Shown here: positions 1-13,859 of the stretch, in pieces
Position numbering within the stretch: the first letter of the stretch is position 1
Layout: every line of letters starts with the position of its first letter
Source of the DNA: Lama glama
Taxonomy: Eukaryota
Reading direction: 5' to 3'
Length of the DNA: 64,000 nucleotides
Assembly (NCBI GenBank): GCA_028534125.1
Contig: CM052816.1
Coordinates: forward strand, 33,420,001 to 33,484,000
Notes under the pieces: model-generated
What the model was told of the DNA's origin: nothing
The model's input: only the letters and a program-made list of their open reading frames with translations
Database searches by the model: none
Program-made: the position numbers and the translations under genes

Positions 1-2606
1 GAAACAGCAGATTCCACTTGGATTTTTACTATGTTTGGGTTTTTAGGAGCACCACAGAACAGATCTTTTGCTAATAAAATACAATCATTTTGACTATAAT
101 GGACTAATATAATTATCTCTTCATCAATTGCTCCATTAGTTTATTCATTAGATACTATTAGATTCATCATTAGGCCAGGAATGAATTTCTATCTTCATAA
201 TTAAATAAATTTAGTTTGTGACCTCATTACAGGAAAAAGAGACCATATTATGATTTCTAACTCTCAAGAAACAAGGTAATATATGGATAATGATGCAGGA
301 TATATTTTCAGTTTGATACAATTTTAAAGATAACTGTAAAATTCAGTAACTTGATGGAGAAACCAAGTTCATCTCAGATATGGCAATAGATATGTGGACA
401 ACAACGTTCAGGGGGAAAAACATCTATCATCTAAGACCATTAAGAGTTCATAGAGTGGTTGAGTGCTTTATTGGCCTTCTGCCATTCTTTAGATGCCCCC
501 TGTTAAATCTGAGTATTTCATCCATTTATCACTGTAAACGAAATTTATCAACAGCATTTAGTTTTTCGTTTTTATCTAGAGCTGAATTAACTCTATGCCT
601 TCAAAACCAACGAGACTACAAGATGAGAGAACCAGAATTCTCTCATGAAAGAAAGATTGAGAAGAAGGGATTCCAAAATAATCCAAACAAATAGAGATAA
701 GAAGGTAATTAGTGCTATTCATAGATGAGAGCTTTTTTGTGTGACATTCCTGCCCCACAATTATTTACAATCAAAAAACAGGAGATTTCTCTCTGATAGA
801 CTATGATTAGCAGAGAAATCCTCATTAGGAAGAATTTATGGCTCCTGTGAATCTTCCTTAGGGAGACCTCATGGCTCCAAAACAGCAGGATCTAACCATA
901 AACTGACTCTCTAAATGTACCTAGTGTCCATGAAAGTGTCAGCTAAACAGGTGTCAAAAAAGGAGCCATTATTGGCAAATTTTGGCAACATTCAAATAAG
1001 CTAGTCCAGAAGAGTCTTGACTAAGCATACGGGAACATGGTAGTTTTAGAACAAGGCTATCTTTATAGTGGATCAGAGTGTCTCAGCTTTCTTAGCAGCA
1101 TAGAACAGCTTCTAATTTATTCTGAGATTCAGAGAAGTTAAGCAAACCACTCTAACTTAGTTATTTGTTCCTAATTTCAAGATTTAGAACCAAGTTCAAT
1201 TGACTATGAGCCAAGTGCCACAAGAAGTATATGCCTAGGCTACCTACGCTCAGATGAATCATTTACTTGAAAAGAATGAATATAGTTAAAATGTTACAAA
1301 TTTATAAGTTAAAATTCACATAACTTGTTCTAAGAAAACTTCAACATACATATGAACAAATTTTTATATCTGTTGAAGATACGTATGAAGCTCCAGTCAA
1401 GCTGGGACATTTGACTTTTCCTACCTGAAGATCCAAATCCATATTGTGTAACATTAAAAACAGACAGAAACTTTGAAAACCAATATGAATACTTCTGGAA
1501 ACTCTTGGAAAGGCAGTAAACTTAACTGGGTGGAGTTGCGGTGGGAAGGAAGGAGAGGAGTGCTCCTCTCCCAGCACATTTTAAACCCACCCCTTTAGGT
1601 ATCTTTCTCCTCAGAATTCATCCATTTATAGCGGTTGCTCACTCACTAATTCATTCAGCAAATATTTATTCAGAATTTACTGTACTCCAGGCACTCAGGC
1701 TATATCAGCAGTTCCCTCAGCTTCTCTTCTGTCTCCTGTCTGCAGACCACTTCTCTCTCAACCCATTCTTTAACCAGCAAGACCTTTATATCAGTGCACA
1801 GATTCTTACCATTTCTATTATATACCTATTTGTTTCTTTGTCTTCTTTCAATTCCATTCTTGTTTGCTTACCCTGATAAGCATAGCAAAGAGCTCCAAAG
1901 AGCCCATCAGAGGGAACAGGGAATTCTCCTGAGAAGACAGGGAAGGTGGGAAAGCTATGGAAATTTAAAGCATGTGTCTCTTGTACAAATAGTTTGCCTG
2001 TATTATGATCTACCAGATTTCCAGGCATACTCCATGCCATCTTCAAACCTCTGCCTTGAGTGATGAACATATGAACAGGCAACTAAAATTGGCTATACTT
2101 GGATGTAACAGAACATGTTTTTCTCTGCAACTTGGAATTCTTTACACAGTCAAATAGAGAAAATAGGCCTAGAGACAATCATTTGGAGAGAACTGATTTT
2201 TATGAGCTTTTGGATCATAATAGAGAATACTATTATAATACATGTTTAACTTTCTATAATTTTCATCAAATATTTTTACACAAAATATTCTCATAAATCT
2301 TACTATTTAGATTCAGTATGACTTTAGAAATTCTGTTTATTGGGGAAGTAAGTGTTTGTAAATATAAATAGATAGTACAATAGTTTCTCTTTTTACTCAT
2401 GAAGCATCCCAAATTTTCATCTACCCACATCTTATCAAATACTACTCTCCTTCCATTCTACACTCCTCTTAAGATTTATTTTAGTAGAAGTTATCAACTG
2501 GTATAATATGTCATTATAAACAATTTCAGGAGAAACTTTTCTTTGGTTATTTTGTGGTGACTGGAAGCAAAACCCTTCTGTGGTTAGATTTCCAGGACCC
2601 ACTCAC
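1..2606 (-). other. CAMK4: CAMK4 intron 4 (partial)
   Basis: Follows the exon 4 donor. Exon 5 was not seen in the window. Confidence 0.85.
1638..1705 (-). mobile_element. L2 3'-end fragment
   Basis: attcattcagcaaatatttatt...tactgtactccaggcact is a typical reversed L2 tail. Confidence 0.55.
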
Positions 2607-2689
2607 CTGTCAAACAGCTCTCCTCCTGTGACGAGTTCTAGGACCAGACTGATTTCTGTAGGGGTTTCAAATATCTCTTTAAGTTTTAT
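2607..2689 (-). CDS. CAMK4: CAMK4 coding exon 4 (83 nt): IKLKEIFETPTEISLVLELVTGGELFD(R), hinge region
   Basis: Read directly from the - strand. Acceptor tctttccccag|ATAAAA; donor GACAG|gtgagt. Contains the CAMK-family GGELFD motif. Confidence 0.97.
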
Positions 2690-4646
2690 CTGGGGAAAGA
2701 TACAAAAAAATCACGAATTTCTTATTTTCATCTTTCTAGGAAATAACTAAAACTATGACTAAAACAGCACTCTTTGTAATAGCAATATGTTGGATCACAA
2801 TTAATAAAAGTTCCTCATTCAAGTATCAGGCAGTCATTTGTCACTCTCGTTTTTTTTTTTTTAAACCAGTTACTTCATTTCTTTAAACATCCTTTTGAAT
2901 TTTTATATTTTTCCTTTTGATAGCTGAAAGATATCTGCCTTAGAAACACTTCCTAAATTTTACCAAATCACCCCCATTTCTGAATTGCTCCATAACTAAA
3001 AAAACTGAAGCAAGCAAACAAAACTTTGTAAACCATTTGAAATCATCATGGTTGCCAGAGACACAAATGCCTTTTCCTCCTAGTTAGGAACTTGGAATTA
3101 GGGGTCTGAGACAGAACAGAACTAGGTTAATGTCTGTTTGTATAGAAAAGAAATCCCTCCACAGCTAAAAGGTTGCTGGTAGATGAAAAGATACTCAGAA
3201 AAGTAGTGAACATGATTGCATTGGCTTTAACAGGGTTTTCATCGCATTCAGATAATCCATTCAATTTTGGATATTTTCCTGCTGAGAATCCTGTGACCAG
3301 GACTGATCTATATTCGAGGAAAACTCCATATTGACTTCTCTTTGAAAGAAAAAAGATAGATAATGTAAAAGTGGTAATTACATGTGGCACGTTTTGTTAA
3401 CTGCTCACCCAAAGCCCTTCTGCCCCTACTTCACTGCAAACAGAACTCTGATTTATTTAGGGATGCGAGGTGCCAAGTCTCCAATTATGGATCATGATTG
3501 GTTTAAGCCACCTATGATAATCCTGTACTTCAATTTTCCAGTCACCATGCAGTTTAGGGTGATCTTATGACTAGCTCTGACCAGTAAAATCTGAAGAGCA
3601 TTCTGCTGCAGCTGGAAAAGCTTCTACTCTTCTCATTGGACTCTGCTGGTAAGGCCTTTCCACTCCTTTCTGTCTTAACTATAGACCTGAAGACTTGTGA
3701 AGACTATGGAGAAGCTATTTTAGGAGCACGAAGGAAATGCACGAAGGTGAAAGCCAATTCATTGAGGATGTAGAACCAATAGATGGAAGGTGTCTGCAAC
3801 CTGGACTGCATCACTGAGGAGCTGAACCATTGCTAACAACTGCCTGGCTTCTGATTTCTTACAATATAAGGAAACCATTTGCTTAGACCACTGTATTCAA
3901 GTTTTCTATTATTTATAGCTGAATGCATTGCTAACTAATGTATGTTTTAAGCACTTTGCCTTAAACCTAAGCACTGCAGGTTATCCTCCTGGACACCACA
4001 ACTTCCTCAGAGAAATGAGTGAAATATTTTAAGTAGATGGCTCAATTCATAAAAACAAGTTATGGCCTGGAAAATGATTTTGTTCTTTTCACTTCATCAG
4101 CTCAAGAAAGCTTTTCCCCAGCTCTCTCCCTCAGTGCCTTGTCTGGACATAGCCTAGAGCAGAGCTTCTGAGAACATTTTATTTTCCCCATTCAAGTACC
4201 TCATTTATTTGAATCGTCACATTGTTTCTGAAGCAAGTACTCTCTCATAGGAGACTGAAATGACTTTGGAAAGCAATGCATTTTCTTCACAGGCATTTTT
4301 AGCAATGGCATATTAATACGACGGGCACACAAAAAGAAAAAAGCCAGTGTTTTATTAGAGTGAAACAAACCCCTCCAATTTTTAGTTATCCTTTTATGCA
4401 TGAAAATAAAGATGGTATATATTGCTGATTTGTTCATTTTGAAACTCTTCCAAGGGGCACTATTTTTAAGATTTATTCAGCTAAAGAACTGAAAAATGAG
4501 ATCAGGTAAGGACAAGAGCTAGGCCATGGTGACTACTCACTGCAGCCTAAGAGTCTCCTTCTCACTGTCAGTATAGACAGTAAAGAACAAAAATCCCATT
4601 CTATAACTTTGGAGATTATTTGAAATAGTAGGTTAAAACCACTTAC
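2690..4646 (-). other. CAMK4: CAMK4 intron 3 (1957 bp, GT-AG)
   Basis: Bounded by the exon 3 donor and the exon 4 acceptor. Confidence 0.95.
3383..3942 (+). mobile_element. ERVL-MaLR solo LTR (old MLT1-type)
   Basis: TGTGG start, gattggtttaagcca and gaaagccaa...tgaggatg motifs, and an MLT1-like end (agctgaatgcattgctaactaat). Subfamily uncertain. Confidence 0.65.
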
Positions 4647-4709
4647 AATGTTTGGATGAGAGAGACGAAGAAGAACTCCTATCTCAGTTCTTACGATTTT
4701 TTTGTCCAC
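4647..4709 (-). CDS. CAMK4: CAMK4 coding exon 3 (63 nt): VDKKIVRTEIGVLLRLSHPNI (alphaC helix, HPNI)
   Basis: Read directly from the - strand; it is not in the ORF track. Acceptor ttttgccttttag|GTGGAC; donor AACATT|gtaagt; phase 0/0. Confidence 0.97.
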
Positions 4710-5054
4710 CTAAAAGGCAAAATGAAAAAGGGAAACTGAAAGAAACTCCCACCTTAGAAATGTCTTCATTTTAGCAAAGAATCAGAAATGGCAATAACCA
4801 CCTGGATCAATCAGGTAAACGGCAGACATTAATTCCAAAGACTTTCTTGTGTCTCTTTCCTCCCTTTTTTGTCCAGCTGCATTTCTTTCCCCTCTGCTTC
4901 AGACATAAAGTAGAACTAGTTACAAATATGGGTCACAATTTGTCAGACCCCTTGCATGACCCCTTTGCTATCAAAAGTCATTGCTGTCACCACTAAACAT
5001 AAGTTCATTTCAGCCTATTTCTCCTCTTTCTCTTCCTTTTTTTGGGGGATCCCT

Positions 5055-5520
5055 GTCCCAAACCCACTGAAGCTGCCAATCACTTTGCTGCCTTTCTCCC
5101 ACAGAAGTGAGCACATAATCCAGCCTATGCAATCAGAGTACTCTGCTCTCTGGCCATAGCGGCTGGGGTCAGGGATATCCACCAGATCCAAGTCACCACA
5201 AACAGTCCTCTTCCCAAATTTTGCTCACATAATCAAGAAAGAGGTATTTTCCTCTAAAATTGTGAGAGCAAAGGAGGATAGAGCCACTACATGGACCATT
5301 TTTAATACCATATGGAGACCACTTTACTAAAAATGGAGCCAACAGAGAAAAAAACGTTGCTAAAAGATGAAGAATGAGTACTGCTGGCATAATGTGACCC
5401 AACGGATTCAGTTATGCATAAGCTAGTTTGCCCTTTGAGCCTTCTTATTTTGTCAGCCACTGAATTTTCTTTTCTGCTTAAGTTATCCAGAGCTAGTTTC
5501 CACTGTGGGCCATTAAGGAA
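5055..5520 (+). mobile_element. Degenerate MLT1-like LTR
   Basis: caatcagagtactctgctctctggccatagc and ctgcttaagtta...agtttcc resemble old MLT1 LTRs. Confidence 0.4.
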
Positions 5521-6485
5521 ACCTAGCTGGTTCACCACTTGATCTCTGTTTGAGATAGTAGACATTTACTCTAAGATACTACAAAATGAGGAGTGCTTCC
5601 CCTCCCCAGGTCAGTGGTTAACTTTTTTAATGACAATGAGCTGAAGTTTCAGACCTCTAAAAGTCAAATACTAGCCAGAAGGGTTTTAGTGTCCTCCTTT
5701 CTAAACAGAATCCATCAAAGCAATAATATACATAATACCTGCACTCTTACTATGGATTCTGCCATCTGAGCTGTCTAGAACCCTGTGTTACAGCTCACAA
5801 GGTTTTAGAAACGGACATACAGAAGTTTATGTGCAATTCACAACAAGCTCTGCGGGTATAACCAAGAGACTGCTTCAAATGGAGAATGAACTCTGTCCTT
5901 TGAGTTACATCTCTCGAGGAAGAAGGGTGAGACTGAGGAGTAATCCAATCATGCTTCTATAGTGATAACCAACCACAACTTTTAAGATGATGACAAACAA
6001 CATTCATTCATTTAATTTTTATTCTCTAATGAAACATTAACCAACAAGGATATATTCTTTGAAAATAAAGAATTTTCAAGGTTCTTTTACAAAGTTCAAG
6101 GGACTTTTACAAACTTTTTATGTTCTTCTGTTTGGTTGCAACATATGAATGTATTATATATTATTTCCTGGCAAATATAATTTTGTCAGAGCCTACAGTA
6201 ACTCACTTCAAGAAAGTAATCAACATTTATAAATGTTTTTAGTCTCTATGAGAAGAAAAAAATGTTTATAAGAAATTGCAAACAAGTTCCCATTACAATT
6301 AGAAATTTTCCAAGAGTCTCTGTTTTACTACTCTACAAATAAAACACTAATATGGACGTATGGTTGTGCTATGACCTCTCAAACTATAATAAAATTTTTG
6401 GTCATTCATACAGTCATTTAGAAGGCTCAGGTTATTTTAATGTATTTTTGCCAAAGAAAAATCAAATTCTCAAAATCAGTTCAAA

Positions 6486-6729
6486 GGAGGTGGGAAGGGA
6501 TAAATTGGGAGTTCGAGATTTGCAGATACTGACTGGTATATATAAAATAGATAAACAGCTTTATACTGTATAGCACAGGGAACTAAATTCGGTATCTTGT
6601 AGTAGCTTATGGTGAAAAAAATATGAAAACGAATATATGTATATTCATGTATGACTGAAGCATTGTGCTGTACACCAGAAATTGGCAAAATACTGTAAAC
6701 TGACTATACTCCAATAAAAAGAAGTTAAA
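6486..6729 (+). mobile_element. 5'-truncated LINE-1 3'UTR (lineage-specific)
   Basis: Highly similar to 17345-17590, with AATAAA and A-tail. TSD aaaatcagttcaaa (6472-6485) / aaaatcaattcaca (6730-6743). Confidence 0.9.
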
Positions 6730-7171
6730 AAAATCAATTCACAATACTGCAAATCAAAAATATATTCTACTTATATTGAATGGATGCTAGTCTGAGCAAG
6801 TCAGAACACTTCTTAAAATATTCATAAATAACCAATATAAAAATGCAGCATCAGTTATAAATTTTGACTAAGATGAGAGGATGAAGATATGATCTGTGCA
6901 TCTTAATTCTTGACAATTAATCTGAGGCAGTTATATATGAGGGAGGATTAACCATGAACAGAGAAAAACAAGTTGGTAAGAAATAACCTAACTCAAGTGA
7001 CTACATGAAACTGACAGGTTCTGGGATTTTCATAGTGAAAGAATAAAAGAAGACATACATCTCAATACTCCCAGTGCTCTATGACTCAGGAACTTTGGAA
7101 GCTGCTTCACCAGCCTGTTCCACACACTAAACCATATCTGCAACTCAAATTATGTATTCATCAAAACTTCT

Positions 7172-7600
7172 ATAGTCACAACTAACAAACACCCAGCTCA
7201 AACTTGCTTAGGTCAAAAAAGTTATTTATTGACACATGAAACTGGGAAGTCAGAGTAAAACCATCTTCAGACACAGCTAAATTTAGAGGTTCAGACTCAA
7301 ACAATATAGCTCTTGGTCCCTCTCTCCCTTCCCACCTCTCCTTTCCAAATGGCAGAAAATATGGCCACCAGAAACCCTAAGCCAATATTCTTCAGTCTTC
7401 TATTTCAAAGGGAAAAGAGACAAGAGACCTACTCCACATGTATATATCTAACCTCAAGGCAGCATCCTCCATGGCCTTAGTTGCTTCCTGTGCCTTACAG
7501 GATATTCCTGTATCTAGGAACTATGTTGCTGTGACAGATATGAGCATGGATCATGAGCCCTCTCCTTTGACCAGCTGTGAGGGAATAGATGAGGCTTGGT
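7172..7600 (-). mobile_element. Degenerate MLT1-like LTR
   Basis: cccagctcaaacttgcttagg...atttattgacacatgaaactgggaagtc is the reversed 3' end of old MLT1 LTRs. Confidence 0.5.
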
Positions 7601-8325
7601 TCTTCAAAGAATAAGTATAGGTAGGCACTGAAGACTCTCTTGCTAACTGTGTTTAAAATTTGTTCCCTCCCTTTTACATCTGCACAAGGTATTACTTTCT
7701 CTGCTTCTTCCATGTCCCAGACTAATCAATAAATCATTATTAATACATTTATCAATTAGCAATAAAATCTTGCCATCAGAATTTATATTAAAAAATGTGA
7801 CTACCAGTAACTCAAATGGACCCTACCAAATAGTAATTTAAAAGTTCTCCTAGAAGCTCTTTTGAATTCCACGCTAAAATGCTGATGTCAGTCACTTAGC
7901 TGGTGAATGAGCCAAGCACACTATGTAGCATTTGTACCTCAATTCTGCTATGTTATTCTCTTCTTCTGGGCAGTAATCTTGTTGTTTTGATGCTACCAGT
8001 GATGTAAGTTGAAGGAAAGTAAAGAGGTCTAAGGAAATGATGACTCTAGCCAATATGAAGGACTGGAGTAGAGATTTGAAAAAAGCTGTTCCTCAGATCT
8101 ATGTGTTCTGTGGGAGGGAATAGGATCTACAGCTTTCATCATATTCTCCAAATATCTGAGGCAGAGAAAAGCTTAAAAATCTGATCTATTTAACAAGAAA
8201 ATGTGTTCCATGGAACTGGGAAGTTAAGGATCTCTGGATGTATACGTAATGAATGTAAAATACATGGTAAGGGTCTAATACAGTTTTTTAAGTGCTCAGC
8301 CTTTTATTAAACAATGCCGAGTGTA

Positions 8326-8747
8326 CAGTATGGACGGGCTTGGAGGGTATTATGCTAAGTGAAATAAGTTAGAAAAAGACAAATATTGTAAGATATTACT
8401 TACATGTGGGATCTAAAAAAATACAACAAACTAGTGAATGTAACAGAAAAGAAACAGGCTCACAGATGTAGAGAAGAGTGGTTATCAGTGGGGAGAGGGA
8501 AGAGGAAGGGGCAAGATGGAGGTGGAGGATTAAGAGGTACAAACTATCAGGTATGAAATAAGCTACAAGGACGTATTGTACAACAAGGGGCATGTAACCA
8601 ATATTTTATAATAACTATGCCCTAACCTTTAAAAATTGTGAATCAATATATTGTATACCTATAAGATATAATATTGTACATCAACTATATTTCAATTTAA
8701 AAATATGATATTGTAAAATAAATACATAAATAAAGTTTAAAATAATA
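8326..8747 (+). mobile_element. 5'-truncated older LINE-1 3' end
   Basis: ORF2 tail ttggagggtattatgctaagtgaaataag, then 3'UTR and A-rich tail. TSD aaacaatgccgagtgta (8309-8325) / aaacaatgctgagcgta (8748-8764). Confidence 0.88.
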
Positions 8748-9387
8748 AAACAATGCTGAGCGTATGAAAAAACAAGCAAAATATGATCTTTCTCAGAGGA
8801 AAGATTTTAGGCATAAGACTCCTCTACATAATGCCATAAGAAGATAGAAGGACGTAAGTTATAAACAAGTTTCGCTCTAAAAATTCCATTGTTCAGTGGA
8901 AGATCGTTTTTCTATGAGTCAAAATACCACTACCAAACAGTGGAATAACTATAAAAGTCTTTGAAATTACTAGCCATTAATAGTCACACTAATGTTAATA
9001 TAAAATGAAGAAATATTTGTTAAAGTGATGATAGCACAATTTGTAGGCTGCTGACGGCCACTCAGTGATGTCAGACAGTCTAGTCCATGGGATATAGATA
9101 TCATGGTCCATGGGTAATAGAGTACTAGAGGAAAATGCTACAGAAGTTCTTTCACCTAGTGAAAAAAATCATCTATGACATGCAAATTTTCTACTAAGCA
9201 AGAGACATTCCACTTGTATCAAATAGGAGAGCTCTCAAAAAGAGAGAAATTGTTAAAACAGGCACATGCCACTGACAGATCTCTTTCAAAGAGCTCTTGG
9301 CTCATTCTCCATTTCAGTTTCTGTAGATGCTGTTGAAGAAAATTTGGATATGGATTATAATTATTTTTTATTATTTAAAATTTAAAA

Positions 9388-9810
9388 AATTTCTTCTAGC
9401 TTTGCTGAGGTATAATTGGCATACAAAACCCACACATAATTAATGTACACAACTTGGTGAGTTTGGACATATGTATACACTCGTGCTACCATCACCACTA
9501 TCAAGGAAATAAACGTATCCATTACCTCCAAAAGTTTCCTGTGTCCTTTGTTGTGCACATATGTGGTATGTGTGTGTGTTTGCGGTAAGAGCACAACGTG
9601 AAATCCACCCTCTTAACAAATTTTTAAGTGAATAATACATTACTGTTGATCACAGGCACTGTGTTGTATAGTAGATCTCTGGAACTTACTCATCTTGTAT
9701 AACTGTAACTTTATACCTATTAAACAACAATTCTCCATCTTCTCCTTCACCCATCCCCTGGTAAGGACAATCCTACTGTCTACTTCTATGACTTTGACTG
9801 TTTAGATACA
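9388..9810 (-). mobile_element. Old LINE-1 3'UTR (L1MA-type)
   Basis: agctttgctgaggtataattgg...gatctctggaacttactcatcttgtataactg...cttctatgactttgact is the reversed L1MA 3'UTR pattern. Confidence 0.85.
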
Positions 9811-10398
9811 AGAGTAATCATTCAGTGAATACAGATTATTTTTTATCACGATCTTCTCTACAAAACAAGGATTTCCTCACTAATAAAAATAAATGTATTC
9901 TGTATTATATTGTATTTTATTTGTATTATATTATAAAATAAAATTTCATGATGCTTAAAAATGTTTTAAGGACATGAATGTCCCTAAATTAAGACTGTTG
10001 GTATTCAAATCTATTTTTCTTACTACACATTTAGTATTTATGTAATATAACTTTTTCCTCCTTGTTTTCGTATTTTTTTTGATCCTTGTAAAATAAGTGA
10101 GAGATGGATCCTTTAATTTTTTCACATGATATATTTAGAGTAAACAAAAGTTTTTCTAATACAAGTATGAATTATAAGCAAATTTATTTTTTAATACGTT
10201 ATGTCACAAATTAAATATTGAGATGCCTTCAAAAAATTAGTTCTTTGAGAGTTAAGTTATCTAAACTTTGGAAATAGAACAGACCAGATTATTTGGACTA
10301 GCAATCTTCTAATGTAGTTACTTGTTTTTAGTTCAGAATTAATTTTTCTTGAAAGGTAATTCTGAAAAGGGTGATTATTTTTCTACTGTACTCCAGAT

Positions 10399-10839
10399 CA
10401 GTGCTTTCAAAGCATAATCAGAGGACCTGTCCTGGTCCCTAAGACTCTTTCAGGGTATATGTGAGAGTCTCCCCGCAACTACAAATCTGAGTGAGGCTAG
10501 ATTTTCTTTTTTTGTGTGTACTTGAAACAAAACAACAAATTGAATGCAGAAGCAGATGAGAATCAAACTGTCTTCTCTTATGCCAGATAGTAAAGAGATA
10601 TGCAAAACAATGCTATTCTTCTGAGTATTTTTAAATTTTGGAAAATAAAGTTATTTTTCACTAAAGTGTTATTTATGTTAAAATATAATAGATTCGTTAT
10701 TGTTATAGTTTTAATTAATAAATACTTTGAAAAATTCTATTTCAATTTCTAGTATAGTAAATGTGTATTGCTATTTGGGATTCTTAATAATTTAGAGAGT
10801 AAAAAAACCTCTTAAAGCCCTAAAGCTTGAGAGCCACTA
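10399..10839 (+). mobile_element. hAT-Charlie non-autonomous DNA transposon
   Basis: Imperfect TIRs cagtgctttcaaag / cttgagagccacta. An internal relic reads KLNAEAD-RIKLSSLMPDSKEICK across a frameshift, like the C-terminus of Charlie/Buster transposases. Confidence 0.7.
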
Positions 10840-13800
10840 TTTCAGAAAACTTAACATCATACATTTGAAAATAGAAAGAAGAGAGTAAGACTGCAATAAT
10901 AATTTAAATAAAAGAAAAATGTGAATGCAGTCTCCTTTTTGCTCTGTTGAATGCTAGAGCCCAGGTTGAATGAGGTGCAGGTCATGACTTAAGTGCAGGC
11001 TGAGAAGAATCATAAAAGAAGGAAGTTAGAGGAAAATGGGGCATTAAAAACTATCAATCCAAAGAGAGTAAACTGAGTGACAAAAATCTGGACTGCAGTC
11101 AAAGTAATGACAACCAAGTAAACCAGCAGGGGATAAAGTTCAAAGGAGAATAGGACAAAAGAGCAGGCAGATAAATGACTGAGAAGTCAAGGACAAAAGA
11201 TTGAGGTCAGAAAATCTTTCTCAGGGAGATTAGCTTAAAGTCATTTGTCATCTTTTTGAAACAAAGTCTCAGAGGTCCCTAGGCAACCCAACTTTGGGGG
11301 AGGTTCCTCCAAAGGTGTCATGTCTTGGAGGTCATACAGATATGTGTCTTGACAGCCACCTCATCTCACACCTTCCCAATATCTCTCTTGTTCCAGAAGA
11401 CATTGTTTCTTTCCCACTTTTGACTTTCCCTTCCAAACACCTGGGTAGGTTAGGAAAGGGTCTGAGCCCTGACATTGCCACTCAAAATGAGTGCTATTTT
11501 CCTAGAAAATAACTGTTAAGTAAGCCACAGAGGTCAACGGGCAGCTACCTGAACAACCATTATTGCCACCTGAAATTAGCGTCCAAGTGCTACTATAATT
11601 AGCATCTTGAGAAGCATCAACAGATGGCTTTAACAAATCAACATTACAACAACAAAACCCATAAAACGAAACTTCACTATTCACAAAATATCTTAAAGAA
11701 TGGTAGCTTTTAATTACTAACAATGTTCCATTATAAAAATATGTATTATTAAAATTCTAATTTATGTTCCCCAGAAAATAAATGTAAGGCTAGGATCAAC
11801 AAGCAGGTGTCTTATTTAAAAGGTACAAACCCAAGACAAGGAGAATGGGGAAAAAGGGAAGTGCAGCAAAGTAAGAGGTGACACAGTACAGTTAGCTCAC
11901 AGGCTGTACTGAGCTGTAAAGATACAGGAGGGCACATGGGCAGCTGCATCCAACTGGCACACAGTACTTCTCCAGAGGAGCTATACATGGCCACTATGCC
12001 TTGAAGAAGTTCATGAGCAGGAGGGAAGAGGAGGAATTTACCTGCCCAGGAACCTCCTCCTGTCTCCCACTGGTGAAATCTTGCCCAGCAGTGTTAACTT
12101 TTCCATACTTCTGGGTTGTGTATCTAGTCTCTTTGGCAGTCACTTACGATGCCATATCCCTTGTCATCAAATCTAGAAGTAGGTGGAGGAGCCAGAAATT
12201 TCAGGTGTCTGTCTGGTGGTCTAGGGCATGAAGTGACCAGTGGGCAATCCATCCCTCTCTGGTATGCAAGACATGCAGGCAGAAGGAATCTGAGGAGGCC
12301 TGTAAGTTTTGTTCAATCACAATACACTCTTGAGTTTTTAACAGTCACAGGTAAACCAGATTGATAGCAGTAGAACCACAGTTCGGCTTTTTTAATTCAT
12401 TGTATTTTATTGCTCATTAGAAAGAGCTTTGTCTTCCAATTATATTCTTTGTGTTACTGCTCTAGTAGCCAATATGAAGTGGATAATCATAAAGTGGCTT
12501 GAATGCATGGGGTTTTTCTGTAAAGCCTTATTTTAGCTCCTCTATTTAAGCTGCCCTAACTATTCGAAGAAATATATCCTTTCATTCTCATTAAGTCAAG
12601 TTTCAAATAGTCAACTTTAATGGCTTTTGATATACTTTCAATATAAAATATACTTTTTGAAGAATATACATAAGAAAAAAATTAAACAATTTAATAAGTG
12701 ATTATACAGACTTGTACAGTTTTAAAACTCCAAAGAAATCAAGATTCATTAATGTTGAAAGAAATCCCAACTTTGCTGTTTGCCTCCATAAGGGGAAGAA
12801 AGAGAAATGGATAAGAGGTAAAATTCTAGAGTAACTTCAGTGAAAAAGGCTCCATCATTGGAACAGAACTGATCAACTATGAGTCCTCATTAAGATACAC
12901 AGCAGATATGAGGTTGGGAAGGTTGAGGAAAAGAAGGGAGGAAGGATTCTAAACATGTGAAGAAAGTAATGAAGAATTAAGAGGAAAAAAGGAAAACCAG
13001 TTTCTGCACGTGAGAATGATGGATAGAGACATGTGGCGAATGAACTGGAGAAAAAGAGAAGGACTACAACATCAGATTTCTGGTGGACTAGATCCTCTTG
13101 GCTATCCTCACTGTGATCTAGATCTAGACTTTGGAACTTCAAAACCTCTTGGTAAGTTAGGGTGACCTATGTGACTAGAGATTACTGCTCTACTTCCTCT
13201 AGGAGTCAGTCAAGTAAAGCAGCATTTCCACATAAAATGGTTAGCTTCATCTCATTTTCTTTGCAGGGGTTGAGGCCATAAGTCTTATTTTGTCCCTGTT
13301 ATTTTTCTGGCTTCTTAGGCTTATTTTTAGTTTAAACAATGACCAGAGAACATAATGTGAAGTACAGAACTGTGATTCTTAGATCCTTTGTGGAAGGAGG
13401 CAAAATATAAATTATTAATGGATAAATAAATAAATAAGACAAATGCCTTACATTTTCACAATTCTTTGTGCATAGCTTCTGCTTAATTTAGCATCCTGTT
13501 TTCTGACATATCAACAAGTACACATTGTCACTAACATACTTGGTGACTTGGCAGCTGGAGCTTTGTTAAATTCAAGAACAAGTTTTAACCCACAAGGATT
13601 TGAAAGCTAGGAACTGCTGTTTGAACATGCAAAAATCAAATGTGGGACACAGATAAAAACATTGAGCTTTTCTTACGTGAGTCTGGTATCTCCAATAACT
13701 ACAGAATTTTAGTCAAGTCTGATTACTCTCTTTATCTTCTTGACCTAACAGAAACCTGGGCATCTCATGACTTCTTTACAATCTTCTCAACTGGTGAATT

Positions 13801-13859
13801 GTTTCATCCCAGTAAGAAATGTACCATAGGGCCTAGAAGGAGGATAGGTATCCTTTTTG

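Noticed and set aside
784..820. Imperfect inverted repeat gatttctct...agagaaatc
   Set aside because: A short AT-rich stem, expected by chance in 64 kb.
10950..12350. LTR-like stretches (also 32750-34500 and 45100-45450)
   Set aside because: Composition suggests old LTR relics, but I cannot assign a family or boundaries by eye.
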